NCBI GenBank assembly: GCA_964016885.1
Contig: OZ024742.1
Location: 252,092,001-252,156,000 of the forward strand
From: Eledone cirrhosa
Taxonomy: Eukaryota
Length of the DNA stretch: 64,000 nt
Direction: 5' to 3'
Notes under the pieces: generated by a model
Databases searched by the model: none
Told to the model about the DNA's origin: nothing
Seen by the model: only the letters and a program-made list of their open reading frames with translations
Position numbers and translations under genes: made by a program
Shown here: positions 25,339-39,624 of the stretch, in pieces
How positions within the stretch are numbered: position 1 is the stretch's first letter
Layout of the letters: each line of letters starts with the position of its first letter

Positions 25339-25566
25339 TTAACGCTTTAACATTTACATTACTCTCTATATAGTATTGTATTTTCACGGTAAAGACTTTA
25401 TCTCACACAATTATCTCGCATAATATTGAATCTATGAGATTTTGATATTATTTATTTTGAGAACAATACCTTAACATAAGTATGAGTGACAGGTTACAGT
25501 CGATTTGAACAGAAAGAGGTGAGAGAATTCTGTCCAGATATGGCCAGTTTAAATGCTAAGGGTTAA
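25339..25566. mobile_element. piggyBac-type MITE, second copy
   Basis: TTAA-flanked, with TIRs and internal sequence matching 3342-3568. Confidence 0.75.
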
Positions 25567-25959
25567 AGTAGTGAAAGGAGATACATTTTCTCTTTGCTAA
25601 ATTGATGGTTGGTTAATCTCTCTACTCATCCACTATGCCCACTGTCAGTCTTTTCATCTTTTCATCAGTGCCTCATTCTTTACTCACCTCATTGGTTGGT
25701 TGATTAAATAAATTATATTGTTTCCAGCTAAGTTCCTACATTTCTTATGACATTGCACGTATCTTAACATCGATGCAGGAATAGAGGAAGGGGATGGACA
25801 GTGGTGATATTCATGGTTTCCTCACATACATTATTAGCCTAAATGAAGTGAAATGACTTTAAAAAGGATTACAAAATGGCTAGGGATATTTGTATTGCAG
25901 GCAGCTTACCTATTTTAATTACCTCTGCTGGCAATGAAAAGATTCTCTTTCTGAGTGAA

Positions 25960-26292
25960 GAATAGATTGAAAGAGGCCTGTGTAGAAAGCGTGTTAGTGC
26001 ATATTAGTGAAATGTGAGCCTTGAATGCAGAGGATGTACAAAGGCTAGAAAGAAATGAATCAAGTATACTCCATTGAATGTCTAATATTAGGGTACATAA
26101 AGGAAGGAAAATGTGATAAAAGAAGATAGAGGAAGATTTAGATAGAAAAGGTGAAAGCAGATTTTAGGATACTGAACCTCACAATGTGGATGACAAAATA
26201 AAGAGATAAGTGGGAAAATGTTGTACTGGAGAGGACTAGTTCAATGTTCAATTCATACAAGCATGGAAAAACATGTGATGATGATGATGATT
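25960..26292 (+). mobile_element. Decayed RTE LINE 3' fragment with (GAT)n tail
   Basis: ALNAEDVQRLERNESSIL peptide homologous to the 39625-40275 frame, ending in ATGATGATGA. Confidence 0.65.
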
Positions 26293-26401
26293 GAGAAGTC
26301 TTTCAATAGTCACTGCAGTTTTATCAAAAGTTGCTTTATCTACAGTGATTTATGATATAATTTGATTGGGGAAATACTGACACCTTACAACAGCTCTTTT
26401 G

Positions 26402-26468
26402 TAGATTCCTAGGTGATATAGAGTTGGATTCCTAGGTGATATACAACTAGATTCCTAGGTGATATACA
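26402..26468. repeat. 23-bp tandem repeat, about 3 copies
   Basis: GATTCCTAGGTGATATA recurs with a 23-nt period. Confidence 0.85.
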
Positions 26469-27649
26469 GGTAAGATTAAGTGCAATAATTTACAAGGGTA
26501 ACAAATGAGAAAAGACTATTGCCAAGAAGTAATTGCCAATGAAGAAATCTCATGTCAAATAATACTAGCAATCATTCATTCATTCCCATGCAAGAGGACT
26601 TATCTTGGTTAACTGAATAATTTCTAATGAATTCATCAATCTAACATATGTGCACCTCCTCTCTCTCTTTCTTTCCCTCTGGCTTTCTAGAAGTAACTTC
26701 CATGTAAGTGGGACAATGGCCTATATACAACACAGAACCTGTGGTGGGATGTGAACTCAGGGAAGCCAATACCTTGTCCAGTTCATTATACTGCCAATAT
26801 AATATATAACAAAGGACAGATTTATTTAAGGCAAATTCAGGTAGTCCACATGAATGAAGCACAGATTAATACAACACATTGAATCAACAGAATATTCAAT
26901 CTCAACTACATATGGAATGCTATTTTTATAAAAATAAAGACATTGAAGAAAATGAAAATTAATAAAAACATTTAGCTTACATGTGATACATGGTGAACAT
27001 ACACTTTTATAAATTCCATTAAATGAGCAAATGAGAATACTGTAAACTATCCAGCATGAAAAATTGAAGTTAAAATGGTGATAATAATGATGAAAATGAA
27101 GATGAGCCAATGCTAAACAAGAACATTAGCTGTTGTATATTACAAAGGAAATTAATTCTCTTTATAATGTTACAAAATAATATGAAATTTAATTTAAAAA
27201 GTACTTTTTAAACTAAAATCAGTTTACTGAACTTAATAAGGAAATTACTATATTATTTATCTTATTTTAATAGAGAAATTCAAAGTTTGAAGCACATCAT
27301 GTTTGATTTTTGTCTTCATTTATTCTTATAGTAGACATACATTCAGAAAGAATTATGAATAAATTGTGATATAACACACGCAGTAAAACATTACTTTCTT
27401 GAGCCTAGCTCATCATAGTCTTAAGAGACTTAGAGTAAAAGACTCATCCAGTATGTCACAAGGTTAACTTTCGACTACTGTTAGCACAAATTTTCAACTA
27501 AATAGACTGGAGCAACATAAAATGTGTTTTGCTCAGACATAATATGCCTCTCGATCAGAGAATGAAGCCCACAATCCTATGAACATGAGTCACATAAATA
27601 AAGGGCATAGAAAATTGGTTAGCAGGAATAAAAAATGAATTACTGAGCT

Positions 27650-30610
27650 CTTGATATTGCCATCCTCTACACACCATCATAAACTGCAAGCAGGGTACAA
27701 ATTGTTGTCCTTAAATGCTCGCAGTTTATGCAACAAGATACATCTGTTTAACTCCTACATTAGAAGCATTAACCCTGACTTCATCACAATCACGGAAACA
27801 TGGGCACATTCCTTACTCTGTGATGGGGTTTTCAGCATTACTGGGTACAACCTGTTCCGCAAGGACCACATTAATCGCCGTGGTGGTGGTGTGATGGCCT
27901 ACGTTCATTCAAATTTTTCGGTAATTCCTTGCGTTGATTTGAACGAATCACAAGAAGTTTTTTCTGTGACATACGTATGACCATGTCAACACTTCTGCTT
28001 GGTGTTGTTTATCGCCCCCCAAACTACCATCAGGACACACAGCTTTGCGATATCCTCAGAGCTGCTGCCAGGAAAACAGCCACTCATGTGTTTATTGCCG
28101 GTAACTTCAATCATCCTGAGATCGATTGGGAAACCTTCCGTTGGCCATAAAGTGCAAACGATTTCCTTGAGCTAGTGCTGGACTCAAACTGGTCACAAGT
28201 AGTCACCTCTCCAACAAGAGGTGACAACACTTTGGACCTGATCTTCACCACTACTCCTGAAGTGGTTATCAGTTGTACTACTGAGGAACGTCTAGGCGAC
28301 TCTGATCATGCTATGATCATTGCCAATCTGGCTCTTGTGGGCAGCAACAAAAACCAGAACCATCTCCAATCTGCTTGCTTTGATTGGAAGCAGATTGGAA
28401 CTTGTACTGCACTGAGCTACAGCGCCCAAACTGGCATGAGTTCTATAACTCTGGAGATGTGAACACTATACTCCAGAGCATCCTGGACTCAATATGGATA
28501 GCGTGTGCAGCATCAGTGCCGCGTAAGCAGAAAAAAACCCACCCCAAAAGTGCAATTTGGGAAACTTCAGCAGTCCGACTTGCCAGGAAAGAATGTCGGA
28601 ATGCTGAACGGGAATATAAACTGCATAAATCAGATGCCAACAGAAAAAAGCGGAATAAATCTTCCAACCATCTCAAGCAAGTGATAAAAAAGGCAGTGCT
28701 TGAATTTGAACAGTGCATAGCAACCAATCCTGACAGTAAGGTGTTCTGGAAATATGTACATTCAAAGCAGAGAACCCACTCTCCAGTTGGTCCTCTTTGC
28801 AATCCCCACACAAGCCAGATCACTGACGATCCCAAAGAATGCGCAGAACTCATTGCTGAGTGCTATGCAAGCATTTTTACTGTTGAAAACCAGAATGTAC
28901 CATCTCCACCATCTCTAACATCAAATTCCATAACAACTATGGAATTTACACCTGCAATGCTGCGACGTCACCTTAAGAATAAACGCAACTATGCCTCCCC
29001 TGGTCTTGATGGTGTTACATACCTGCTTCTCAAACGTGGCAGGTACTTCCTTTTGCACCAGCTTCCTTCTTTCAATACTGTCTCAACAATGGTGCTACTC
29101 CGGAAAAGTGGAAAACTGCCAGTGTCATTCCCCTGTTCAAAAAGGGCGACCACATGTCACCTGTCAACTATCGTCCAGTTAGTCTTACTAGCTGTATTGC
29201 CAAACTGATGGAATCCTGTGTCAGAGAAACACTTTGGAACTTCTGGAGCTCTCACAGCCTCGTCCGGCCCTCACAATTTGGATTTATCCCTAACTCCAGC
29301 TGCTGTGATCAGCTTATCGAGTTCCTTGAAGACATTACCCGGATCACTGACAGTGGCTCATGGGTGGATGTTGTTTACCTTGACTTCACTAAGGCTTTTA
29401 ATTCTGTGCCACACAAAAGACTTATGGCGAAACTCTCTGCAATGGGAGTGAAGGATGATCTTTTTAACTGGTTGAAATCCTTCATTCTCAGCCGAAAAGA
29501 GGTAGTCATGGTTCTAGGACAGCATTCTTCACCATATGAGATGTCATCTGGTGTACCACAGGGATCTGTTCTTGGTCCCCTTTTGTTTGTTGCATACATT
29601 AATGACATAGATGCCAACTTAAAGAATGCCACAGTACTGAAATATGCAGATGACATCAAGCTGTACCTTGAAATCAAAAGGACAGAACCTGAAATCTATA
29701 ACGCTTTCCTACAATCAGACCTGGACACAATGCAGCAATGGATCACAGACTGGCAACTGAAGCTGGCTGTGGACAAGTGTACCACCATGCATTTTGGGAG
29801 GAAACATCCAGCGTCCACATACTCCCTCCACAACACTGATATCAAGAAGTCCTCTTGTGAACATGACCTGGGCATTACTGTCAGCAACGATTTGCATTGG
29901 ACAAAGCACATCTCTAAACTTGTCAAGAAGGCAGAGGGTGTCTTGGCATCACTCAGCAAGACCTTTGTTAGCCACTCTCCAGCCATCTATTTAAAGCTGT
30001 ATACAGCTATGGTACGACCACACTTGGAATTCGCATCATCAGTCTAGAACCCCTATCTTGCTCAGAACATTGGCCTCCTGGAAACTATTCAGAGACGTGC
30101 AACCAAGCACATACCCTTCATCAGACACCTACCATACTCTGAACGCCTTGCTTCCTTGGGCATGGATTCATTGAAGCTCCGACGTCTGGCAATGGACTTG
30201 GTAAACACCCACAAAGTTATTAACCATCTCGCCAACAACAACCCTGAGCACCTTTTTGAACTCCATGTGTCTAACACACGTGGACATACCTACAAAGTCA
30301 GAAAACAACACAGCTCCCATGACTTTCGGAAACATTTTTTCACGCTTAGAGTTGCTGAAGCATGGAACAAACTGCCTGCGTCAGTTGTTAGCTGCGGAGA
30401 CACTGCATCCTTTAAAACCCTCATGCTTACCGAAATTCGCCAAAAATACACCTGATGTCCCCCTTCCATACACATGCACACGTGTATATCATGACTCATG
30501 CACTGTTCATTTTCCAGACGTTTGTACATTACCCTATGTACTATACATACACTTTTGATGAGTTGTAGTGCACCTGAGCACTGTACACAATATTTTCATT
30601 ATTATTATTA
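27650..30610 (+). mobile_element. CR1-group LINE with nearly complete ORF2 (APE endonuclease + reverse transcriptase), disabled
   Basis: Endonuclease motifs SLNARSL, ITETW, RRGGGV, YRPP, TRGDNTLDL and LGDSDH. RT motifs PGLDG, NYRPVSLTS, QFGF, YLDFTKAF, GVPQGSVLGPLLF and KYADD. C-terminal TRGH and FFTLRVAEAWNKLP. About 3 frameshifts, stops at 28148-28150 and 30045-30047, a 3' stem-loop AGTGC-ACCTGA-GCACT and an (ATT)n tail. Confidence 0.95.
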
Positions 30611-31384
30611 ACAGCGGTGGATTGGCATTATCGGTAGAAGGTCGGACGCCATGCTTTGCAGCAAAGAGTTATGGCCTTTTATGTCAACACTTCCAGTTAG
30701 CACCCGTTATATTGTAACACTTACTACATTGCTTATATAAACGTTCATATATTTCTGTCGCTAATTTTCTCCTAATGCAGTTTATATATAATATCGTCTT
30801 TTTTAAATGTATCATGGATTACGTTACTGATTACATAAGACAGTGTAACAGTCTCTCATCAATTTCTGTGCATATTCTCAATTACGATTTTATTTGACGT
30901 ATCATATCTAAATGCATATATATATTTGTGTATAATATCAATATGCACACTACACACGCTAGCAGAAAACCACCCGAAGTATATATAAAATTTGTCGTCT
31001 CTCTCTGTCTGTCTTTTCCTTATGCATTTTCAAACAGCTTGATCAAATCAAATCAAATTTTACAAGGTAACCCGGGAGTAACAACATATAATTTTATTTT
31101 CATTTGGATTAAAACAATATAACACTTTATCTAAAATAATCTACAAAAGACAACTAAGTACACGGATGTTTTATAACACGACGACGTCACATTTTGTATA
31201 CGAGTGTGTATATGTCTATGAGTGTGTGTGTGTTCACGCCTTCATTACATATGTTACACCTTAGTAAGCTACATACACACACATCTTCACGTAAATAATT
31301 AGATACACAGAGAATTAAACACGATTTGGACGCTGGTTTACACACACATATACACATATACAATTATCTATATCTACATATTAT

Positions 31385-31877
31385 ATAAAATATTGGAACT
31401 TCCGTCATCTTTTTGAGAAACGTGGACCCGCTACTTTTATGCAATGGTACACACTTTAGAGCCAGTAGGATGAGGAACCATCTCCTAGAGGTCATCAAGG
31501 AGAAAATGCATTTATTCCCAAGATTCCTCTACCGATCTGCCATTCAAATTCTCAAGACTTCAGTTCCCTGTAGACCAAGTTATCCTCAGGCTTAAAGTTT
31601 CAAAGTTGTAAAATTGAATACAAGAGAATCGCTTTTTACCCATGGACAGTTATATATAGGTAGAAATCTTCATATACTATGCACGAACAGTAAAACGAAG
31701 AATGTGGTGTATTTGGAAATGTTTTTAATGTTTACTTCTTTGTAACACACACACACACACACACCACGGTCTTGCCTCATACTGTAAACCAGACAAACAT
31801 CCAATACAGTCATTTTCTCTTCTACCTGTCTTCTCTTATCATCTAGTTACCAGGGCAAAGCTGGGTACATCAGCTAG
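31385..31877 (+). mobile_element. Helitron 3' portion: decayed PIF1-like helicase C-terminus plus terminal hairpin/CTAG
   Basis: Across frames: KIGTSVIFLRNVDPLLLCNGT, ENAFIPKIP, DLPFKFSRLQFPV, FTHGQLYIG and KTKNVVYLE match the RepHel C-terminus (LRNLDPPRLCNGT, FKRLQFPV, FSHGQLYV, TxNVVY). The end CCAGGGCAAAGCTGGG-TACATCAG-CTAG|T is a typical Helitron 3' terminus. The element may extend 5' to ~30700. Confidence 0.85.
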
Positions 31878-32929
31878 TGAAGAATATGAAAAGAATTGAA
31901 AAACTAAAGTTTAGTTTGCATAAAGTTTGAAACCATATTAGTATCGAGTACTTTATTTCTGATTCTGCATTTCCTGGTTGGCTGAGTGATATTGAAAAGA
32001 GCATGTAGCTATAGAATCAAAGCACTAAACATACACGAAGATATATATTGTAATGGAAGGGCAACCAGCCATAGAAATCATACTAAAAAGGGTAGAGAGG
32101 TATTTTCAATTACGTCAAGGACATAACAACCTACCACAATAAAATGTATCCAGTACACATTACATTTGGAAAGGCATCCAGCTGTAGATACTGTGTCAAA
32201 AGTGTAATGTATCAGATGAGATAAAGTCCCCTGATATATATATAGGAAGACAGTGGCTTTGATTAAATACTGACTTGGTCTGCAACGACCCATCCAACAC
32301 ATGCCATCAGGGTAAAACAGATATATGATGATGAAGATGATGAATATTCAATTTATGGACTCATCCTAAATCATGTCAGCATGAAAGTGTGAATGTAAAA
32401 TGGAAGAAGAGGTGGGATGTAGTGATATTTAAAGAAAACTAATAAAACGAGAAGCTTCTATATAGAAAGGTTATGCAAAAGTAGATAGGATGTTTCAATT
32501 TTGGCTGATTTGAATATTTGTTCTATCAGGATTTTATATTTTTTTTACATTTTGATTAAAGTTTAATTCTAAAAGGTTTTTTTCTTTTTTTAATTCTAAT
32601 TTGTTTGAAATTATACATGAACTTATACATTTTAATTGAAGGACAACCAACCATAGATATCGTGTGAAAGGTAGAGAGAAATTGTTAGTTCACCAAGGAC
32701 ATGACAACCTTCCTAGGCATCCAGCCATAAATACCATGCTAAAAATGGAATGTTTTAGACGATGCAGTTCCCTGACCTGTTACTCAACCTACAAGAAATA
32801 GCAGCCAAATCGCCTTCGAATCATACCCTCCTGTTTAAACAAAAAGATACATTAGACAATGTAGTCCTAGATATGCAAGAAGATGAGATGGTTGTGGGTT
32901 TTTTTTATGTCAGATAGGGCAAGTGCTAC

Positions 32930-33700
32930 ACTAACGTTTTGGGCACACTTTTCCCTAACCACAACATGATTTTCTTTAGCACACTGTCCCACAATCCTAA
33001 AAATTTCAGGCCTCTGATCTTCACGACAGAACATTCGCAAACTTCTTTTCTGCCTTGTCCCTTGGCTAGATATATTCAGTGCCCGAGCTCTCTTCTAGCT
33101 ACCTAGTATTGCTTTCTGTCTCCTCCGTTCCTTTCGTTTTTTTTTGTTTTAATGGTTCTTTCTACCTTATCATTCACAAGTGGCATAGTAGGATACAAGT
33201 CAGTCAGACACATTGATCTTTTATGGACTTTAGGTCAGCTCAAATATGCCTCAATTGTTTTCCTCTGTTCTGTGATAACCACAAATATTTATCTCCATGA
33301 CATCACTAACTCCTGACATGGAGAGAGATGGGTTCCGCCAAGTTTAAAATGTTCAAGGCATGTGTTAAGTTGATGCTCCTATGAATCCATCAAAAGTTAA
33401 GAGCCCTTTCACTTTTTTTATCATCACTAACAAAATTGTTGAAAGAATTCTTAATTGCCTGTTACAGCACCTGGAAGATGGTTCTATAAGAGAGTTGGTA
33501 TTGTGCCTTACTTGATAATACTGATGGGATAAGATTTCCAGATTTGCATAATCTGAAAATTGCCAGCAGTAATGTCTTCCTACAACTCTTTCACTATAAC
33601 ACTTATATCTTTCTTTTTCTATTGATTAACATTTTTTTTTCTAAACTTCCTCCTCTCTACCCCCTTTGTCAGTAGATCTAGCATTCTTAGGCGTGGTGCT
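32930..33700 (-). mobile_element. Decayed RTE LINE fragment (endonuclease-RT linker)
   Basis: Minus-strand YLAKG..EKKFANVL.REDQRPEIFRIVGQCAKENHVVVREKC resembles the RTE ORF linker. Confidence 0.6.
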
Positions 33701-34711
33701 TGATATCAGTACTTACATCCACATTTTCTGTATTTGTGTACACATCTATATAAACATGGATTCTTAATATACAATTACTAGTTTTCATTACTTAGTGATC
33801 CTTAAGATGATCATATAACCACTATAATTAGCTAGGATTGTATCAAAACAGATAGATAAAAATTTAATTAAATCGATTTTGGTGATGAAGGAAATGATAT
33901 GGAAATGTTCCATTGTGAACTGATAGAAGAAAAAAAAAAAAAAAAAAACCTAAAACAAACATGATACAGAATTCCCTGGAATTCTTCCTTCAAGATTACA
34001 TGCTATGATTTATCAACATAGCATTAATATGATAATTTTGGAATTTATTCAATAACATCAACACATGTCAGTGATTGATTGATAACTATTCACTAAAACA
34101 TTCTGGTTCATATATATCACTGTTCAAAAGGTTAGTCAAATCCTAACAGACAGTATAAAAACTTAGATTGATGATAGAGCATAAAAAGAAATAAAAATAA
34201 TTATGAAAACAAAAAAAAATGTCTCTTTTTAAACAAGTGGAAAAAGTACCGTATACTTACAAATATAATTGAGGCAAAAGATTGTAATCTATAATACAAC
34301 TTGTTATAGAGTGTGCTATTTCTTTCATGACTAAAACAACCTGTATAGTAAAAAGATTCTGATCCTCTTGGCCTCCGAACTACCTCTCTACTAAATTGCT
34401 ATTGGAGCAGAGTTGGCCACACAGGAGTTAGCATTGTGAGTTGGAATGTTTATTCAATGCATTTTGCTCGCTATCCTCCAAGGTAGCACTTTCCCCATTC
34501 TGTCCACAGGGACAATGAGGTGGCTAGTGCTTAGGGTTCTGCACATAAGAAAGCATTCTCCGACACTGTCTGGGCATGTAGCATAGATAATATATTAGTC
34601 AAATTCCAACACAGCTTCATTTTCATATTCTATTTCTTATTAGAGATAAAATATGAAAATCTATCATCATCACTGTTTAATGTCTATTTTCCATATTTGC
34701 ATGGATTAGAA

Positions 34712-34900
34712 CAGGCATGTCAAACATGCGGCCCACGGGCCGCATGCAGCCCTTTACAAGCACACCTGCGGCCTGCACAAAGGTTTTTTAGAGCACAAGC
34801 ATGTTTTATCATTGCAATATAAAATAAAAAATATTAGTTGTAATGTGCACAATTAGTTGTCGTGTGTGGCCCTCGGGGGATCCTCAGTTTGACAGGCCTG
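34712..34900. mobile_element. hAT (Charlie/MER58-like) MITE nested in an RTE-tail SINE
   Basis: TIRs CAGGCATGTCAAAC / GTTTGACAGGCCTG, subterminal GCGGCCCACGGGCCGC, and 8-bp TSD-like flanks GATTAGAA / GGTTAGAT. Confidence 0.85.
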
Positions 34901-37900
34901 GGTTAGATGATTATCGCATGCTAAGGCCACACTAGTCAGGTGATTAGGTCCTGTTCATATGCTTTATTTTAGCATGGTTTCTATGGCTCTCCTAACACAA
35001 ACCACTTTACAGCATGTACTGGGAGCATAGATTCTATGGCTGGATGGCCTCCCTAACACCAACCCTTTCACAAGTTGTACTAGGAGCATTTTATTGTGAC
35101 TCTAGCACTACCACCTTACAGGGTAAACATACATACATGTTGACTACAACAATCATCAGTGGCATCAATTAAGCTAATTTCAACCTGCACTTCCTAATAA
35201 CAGTCCTGCTACCACCTTAAATTCAAACCAACCCAGAAAAACAGTAAATTACAGCTGCCACTCATAATTGAGTATGATTTGGTAGTATGTACCATTCTTT
35301 CCCTAAGGGTTTTAGGTGCGTATGCAGTCACAAGTAGACATGGACACTCTCCCTTGATCTAGTGGAACATCCAGGATGTGACAGCTGGAAGGAGAGAGGG
35401 CTGCACCAGCAATAAGCTGTTTTGTTTTTTTTATTGACCAAAAAAGGATGAAAGGCAAAGTGAACCTCAACAAGATTTGAACTCAGAATACAGAGAGCTA
35501 GAATAAATATCAAGACACTTAATAAAAAGGGTATTGAGTACTATAAAGCAAGAACTAATTTCCTAGTGAGCTAAGTTCACTACTTGTTTCAAATTTCTAA
35601 TTGAAACCAATCCTAGATAGCCCAGATGCCAGAAACCTCATTCTAGTCATACCAATGTGATTTGTTGATAGCATGATAAAATGCAGTATACACCCAGTAA
35701 AGTGTTTGGTGATAAAAAGGGCATCCAACTGTAGAAAACTTGCTAAACAACAGGTCAGAAATTTTCAGTTGAGTTAAAAAGAAAAAAAAACAAAAAAACA
35801 TGACAAACTCCCCAGTGCTGGTGTCACACTAAAATGCACCTAATACACTGTAGTCTGGGAACATATGTGAGATAAAGGCCCTGGCTCCACTGAGAGATCA
35901 GTAGCTCTGATTAAGTATTCATGTGACCTATGATAACATGTCCAACAAGTGGATATTAAATTATGATGATGATGGTGATGATAATGTAAGCTTGTCATTT
36001 TTATTTTCAATCTTGAAATTTTTCCAATAATGAAGGAACCAGTCATTAATAAACAAATACACCCTCAGTAGTGATGCATACTGAATTTTAAAGAGTTTTT
36101 GAATATTTTTACTGTCCAATATTATTAAATTAGATGAACATATCAAATGTTTTTATACTTTGTTGAAGAACACTTACTTTTCAAGGGTATTGTTTAAACT
36201 TTTCTTAGCATAATTAAATGCAATAATAATTATGTGCAGGAATATTAAGTTGTAACCAGGGTACAATACTTATTTCTGAAAGAACCATCCACATTTAAAC
36301 ATTTTTTTAAATTTTATTTTATGTATTTATTCATTTGGCTATGATTCTTACATCTATCTGTTGAGCAGCTGATTTCCCCAACAATACAGGTTTTCTTTGT
36401 TTCTCTGCCAGATTACTATTGAGTCTATTATGTTTACATGGATGAAAATCTGACAAACAAGCCCTGTAGGCAGTTCTTCCGACAAATAACATGTTTTCAC
36501 AATAACATAATACCTCACAGGAAGGTAATACCTCGACATTTTGAAGCAACTGCTGATTATATGTGTTTATCTTGTAAAGAAAAGTGGTACTGTCATGATT
36601 TTTTCAGTTGCAACTTGGGGCTTAACGGCTTAACTATTACTCTTTCCTTTAAAAAAAATGTAGCTATCACTTGGATTGCAAAGGTATAACCTTTAAAATG
36701 TGACATAGTGCACCAGTCACTTGTCTAACAGAAGATCCACCCACTGTTCAGGTTATCATTGTTCTCAAGTTTACAGGATGCATTTACAGACATAACGTCT
36801 TATTGGTATTGATTGTAATATATGTGTGTATGTAGGTGTATGCATATGAGTGTGTGAATTTATGTATGTATAAAACTATAATCTCTCCATCTTAAGAAAA
36901 CTGTTAGCTATAGATTAAAGATTTCTTAATATAGATATATTATAAGTTCATGTCTCACTAGATGTAACTTTAAAATCCTTTCTTCAGTTGACACTAAATA
37001 AATAAGAAAAGTGAGATTTCAATTTTAAACAAAATATCAAAATGGCCTTTGTTACTCCACAATGCATTATTTTAAAAATAATATTTATTTTGCAATTGAG
37101 AGAAAAAATATCAACGAAACAATGAAAAAACAAAACAAAAACAATTTGCTCTCATAGTTAAGCCTAAAATACTTCTGATATTAATTTCCTTTTTCTGTCC
37201 TGTTTTTTTTTCTTTTTCTTCCTAACTGTTACAGGCTTGTAAAACATTGAGTGAGAAAGAGAGATAGACGTACAGTGGGGAAAAAACGAGTACTAAGAAA
37301 ATACAGTGACAATGAAACCTGAATAGGAAACTTCTACTCTAGTTGCCCCTACACCCTCATTACCTACAGACTTTAACAATTGTAGTATGGTGATATTAAA
37401 ACAGTGAAGTTGTTATTGCTTTGCTAGAACTATTCTGACAGATGAACGTACATTTGATTCCAATCTTAGTGTATTCCCTCATGAACAAATGCATTTCATA
37501 TTGAAAAGTTAATACTTAAAATTGCCTGACATATGATGAATCAAAATAGCAAAGCAAGTAAAGTGACTTGAAGAAGCATTAAAGAAAATGCATATACTTC
37601 ATTGAACATTGAAAGAAATATCTCAAGCCATATAGTTCTGTTCATCGTTGAATTAATTTTCAGTATGTTAACACAACACTTTCAAATATACTAGCTTGAA
37701 GAAAACGAATTTAAAATCGTATTAAAGTTAAAACAAAATTTCTCACTTTTTGTTTATTGGAAATATCAACCATAATAACACACCATGTGTGTTTGTATGT
37801 ATATATACCATCATCATCATTGTTTAATGTCAATTTTTCATGCTAGCATGGGTTAGACGAGCTGTCCCATTGTGAAACAAACCAGGCTGGAGTGTCATGT

Positions 37901-39624
37901 TTTGCTCACACAGAACTGATATTCACTTGGTTTCTATATATATCCATTTGTAACTCTTCAAAATTTACACACAAACTTATACCTACATACACACAATGCA
38001 TTTCTGTATCAGTCATGTTGCTACAATACAAAGTTTGTTTTCCAATCACAAGGTCCTGGGTTCTAACCCTACATTTGCCATTGTGAATAGTTATTTCTCC
38101 TAAGTTGTGCATTTAATCTGGTGTATCATTTGTACATATATACTGAACATTTATGTAATTATATTTGAGAAAAATCTTTTTTAAATATCATTTTTATCTT
38201 TAATCACTTCCACATGTCAGTAATCAACATCAACTATAGGATTTCTCTTATGCAAACTATTAATTTATCAAAATGTCCTTGTTTGTATGATTAGTCATAT
38301 ATCCAATCCAGGGCTCCTGGATCATTATTGACAGCACCAGTCTACTAGTTGTATAATAAAACACACTTGTGTTTTATTAACCATAACTAATTTCCCATAA
38401 GTACTTCACTATCTTTATGGAGGATACTTCACCTTGTTGTATGAAATCTCCAGATGATAACTGATAGACTGGTAAAGTCATCCAATCAAGATTCATCTCT
38501 ACCATATTAATGGAACTTAATCTGGGACTAAGCATTATATTTATGAACCTGTTGAGCTAAAGTTGGACACTTTGTTAAAGTAACCATGAAATCTTAGGAG
38601 AGAAGGAATTGGAAATTGCACCATTGACACCTTTATAATATAAAGTTAGAAGAAGTGCCAGCAATTCAAACTAAAAATTAAAAGCATGTTGCAAAATACA
38701 TTTACTAAGAGAATATATCACTGCAGCAAAGCCGTTAAAATGGCAACAACAGTATAAATAATACCAATTTCAAACAGGCCAAAAATACGGGAAGAAGAGT
38801 ACATTAGTGAAATAAACTACAATACATGGCTAATAAATATTTTTATCAACACTGGAACATTTGATAACATAAAAAGGTATAATGAATTTTGTTTTCTTTT
38901 GTCAGCTACTATCATTATTTACCACTGCATAATGGTTGCTCCCAATTGCACAAGGATACCACTTTACAGAGAAGAGATGAAGTTAAATGAAAGAGCCCTG
39001 TTAATGCCTTGTGCTTATTTCATTGTCCCCATATAATGAAAGTTGAAGTCAACCCAAGCAATATGCGGATTCAGAACAATGAAACTAAATTCTGTGCAGC
39101 ATCTATAGAAATTATACTAGAATCACAGCACACTGTTACAGTCAGATTCAATCAGCACACACACTCCTTTAGACAGAATCCACATCACCTCACTGTCTCA
39201 TTGTCTTTGAACCTGAATAATGGTGGAATTGAACATTTTTACCTATAGCCAGGAGCATAATTGAAATTACATCCCTCATATACCATAAGAAAAAACATGC
39301 CTGCTATGCTTATTATTGGAGAAATATTAAATTCTATCTAGCAAAAACTATAGTTATATCTGCAATCAATGTACCTTATTATGACCAGATTTTCTCTCAG
39401 CTCAGTGATGCTTCATTCATGTAAATTGTGATTACACATCCAATGAAGCATGCTTGCTTCATTTCTTTCCAATCTCTCTTTCATATACATACCTATACAC
39501 ATACATACACACATAAATATACATACACACACATATATATACATACATATATATACATACACACACACATTATATATACATATATATATATACACACACA
39601 CACACATACACATTATATATACAT

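Noticed and set aside
28443-29986. Antisense ORFs of 96-136 aa
   Set aside because: They are shadow frames of the LINE ORF2.
30045-30047. TAG at a conserved Trp codon that A-to-I editing could repair
   Set aside because: The same LINE copy has frameshifts and another stop, so this is best explained as an ordinary G-to-A mutation.
39413-39480. Minus-strand RLERNEASMLHWMCN next to the young RTE, suggesting a 5' inversion
   Set aside because: It differs from the homologous plus-strand segment at many synonymous positions and duplicates an internal part, so it is an independent older fragment.
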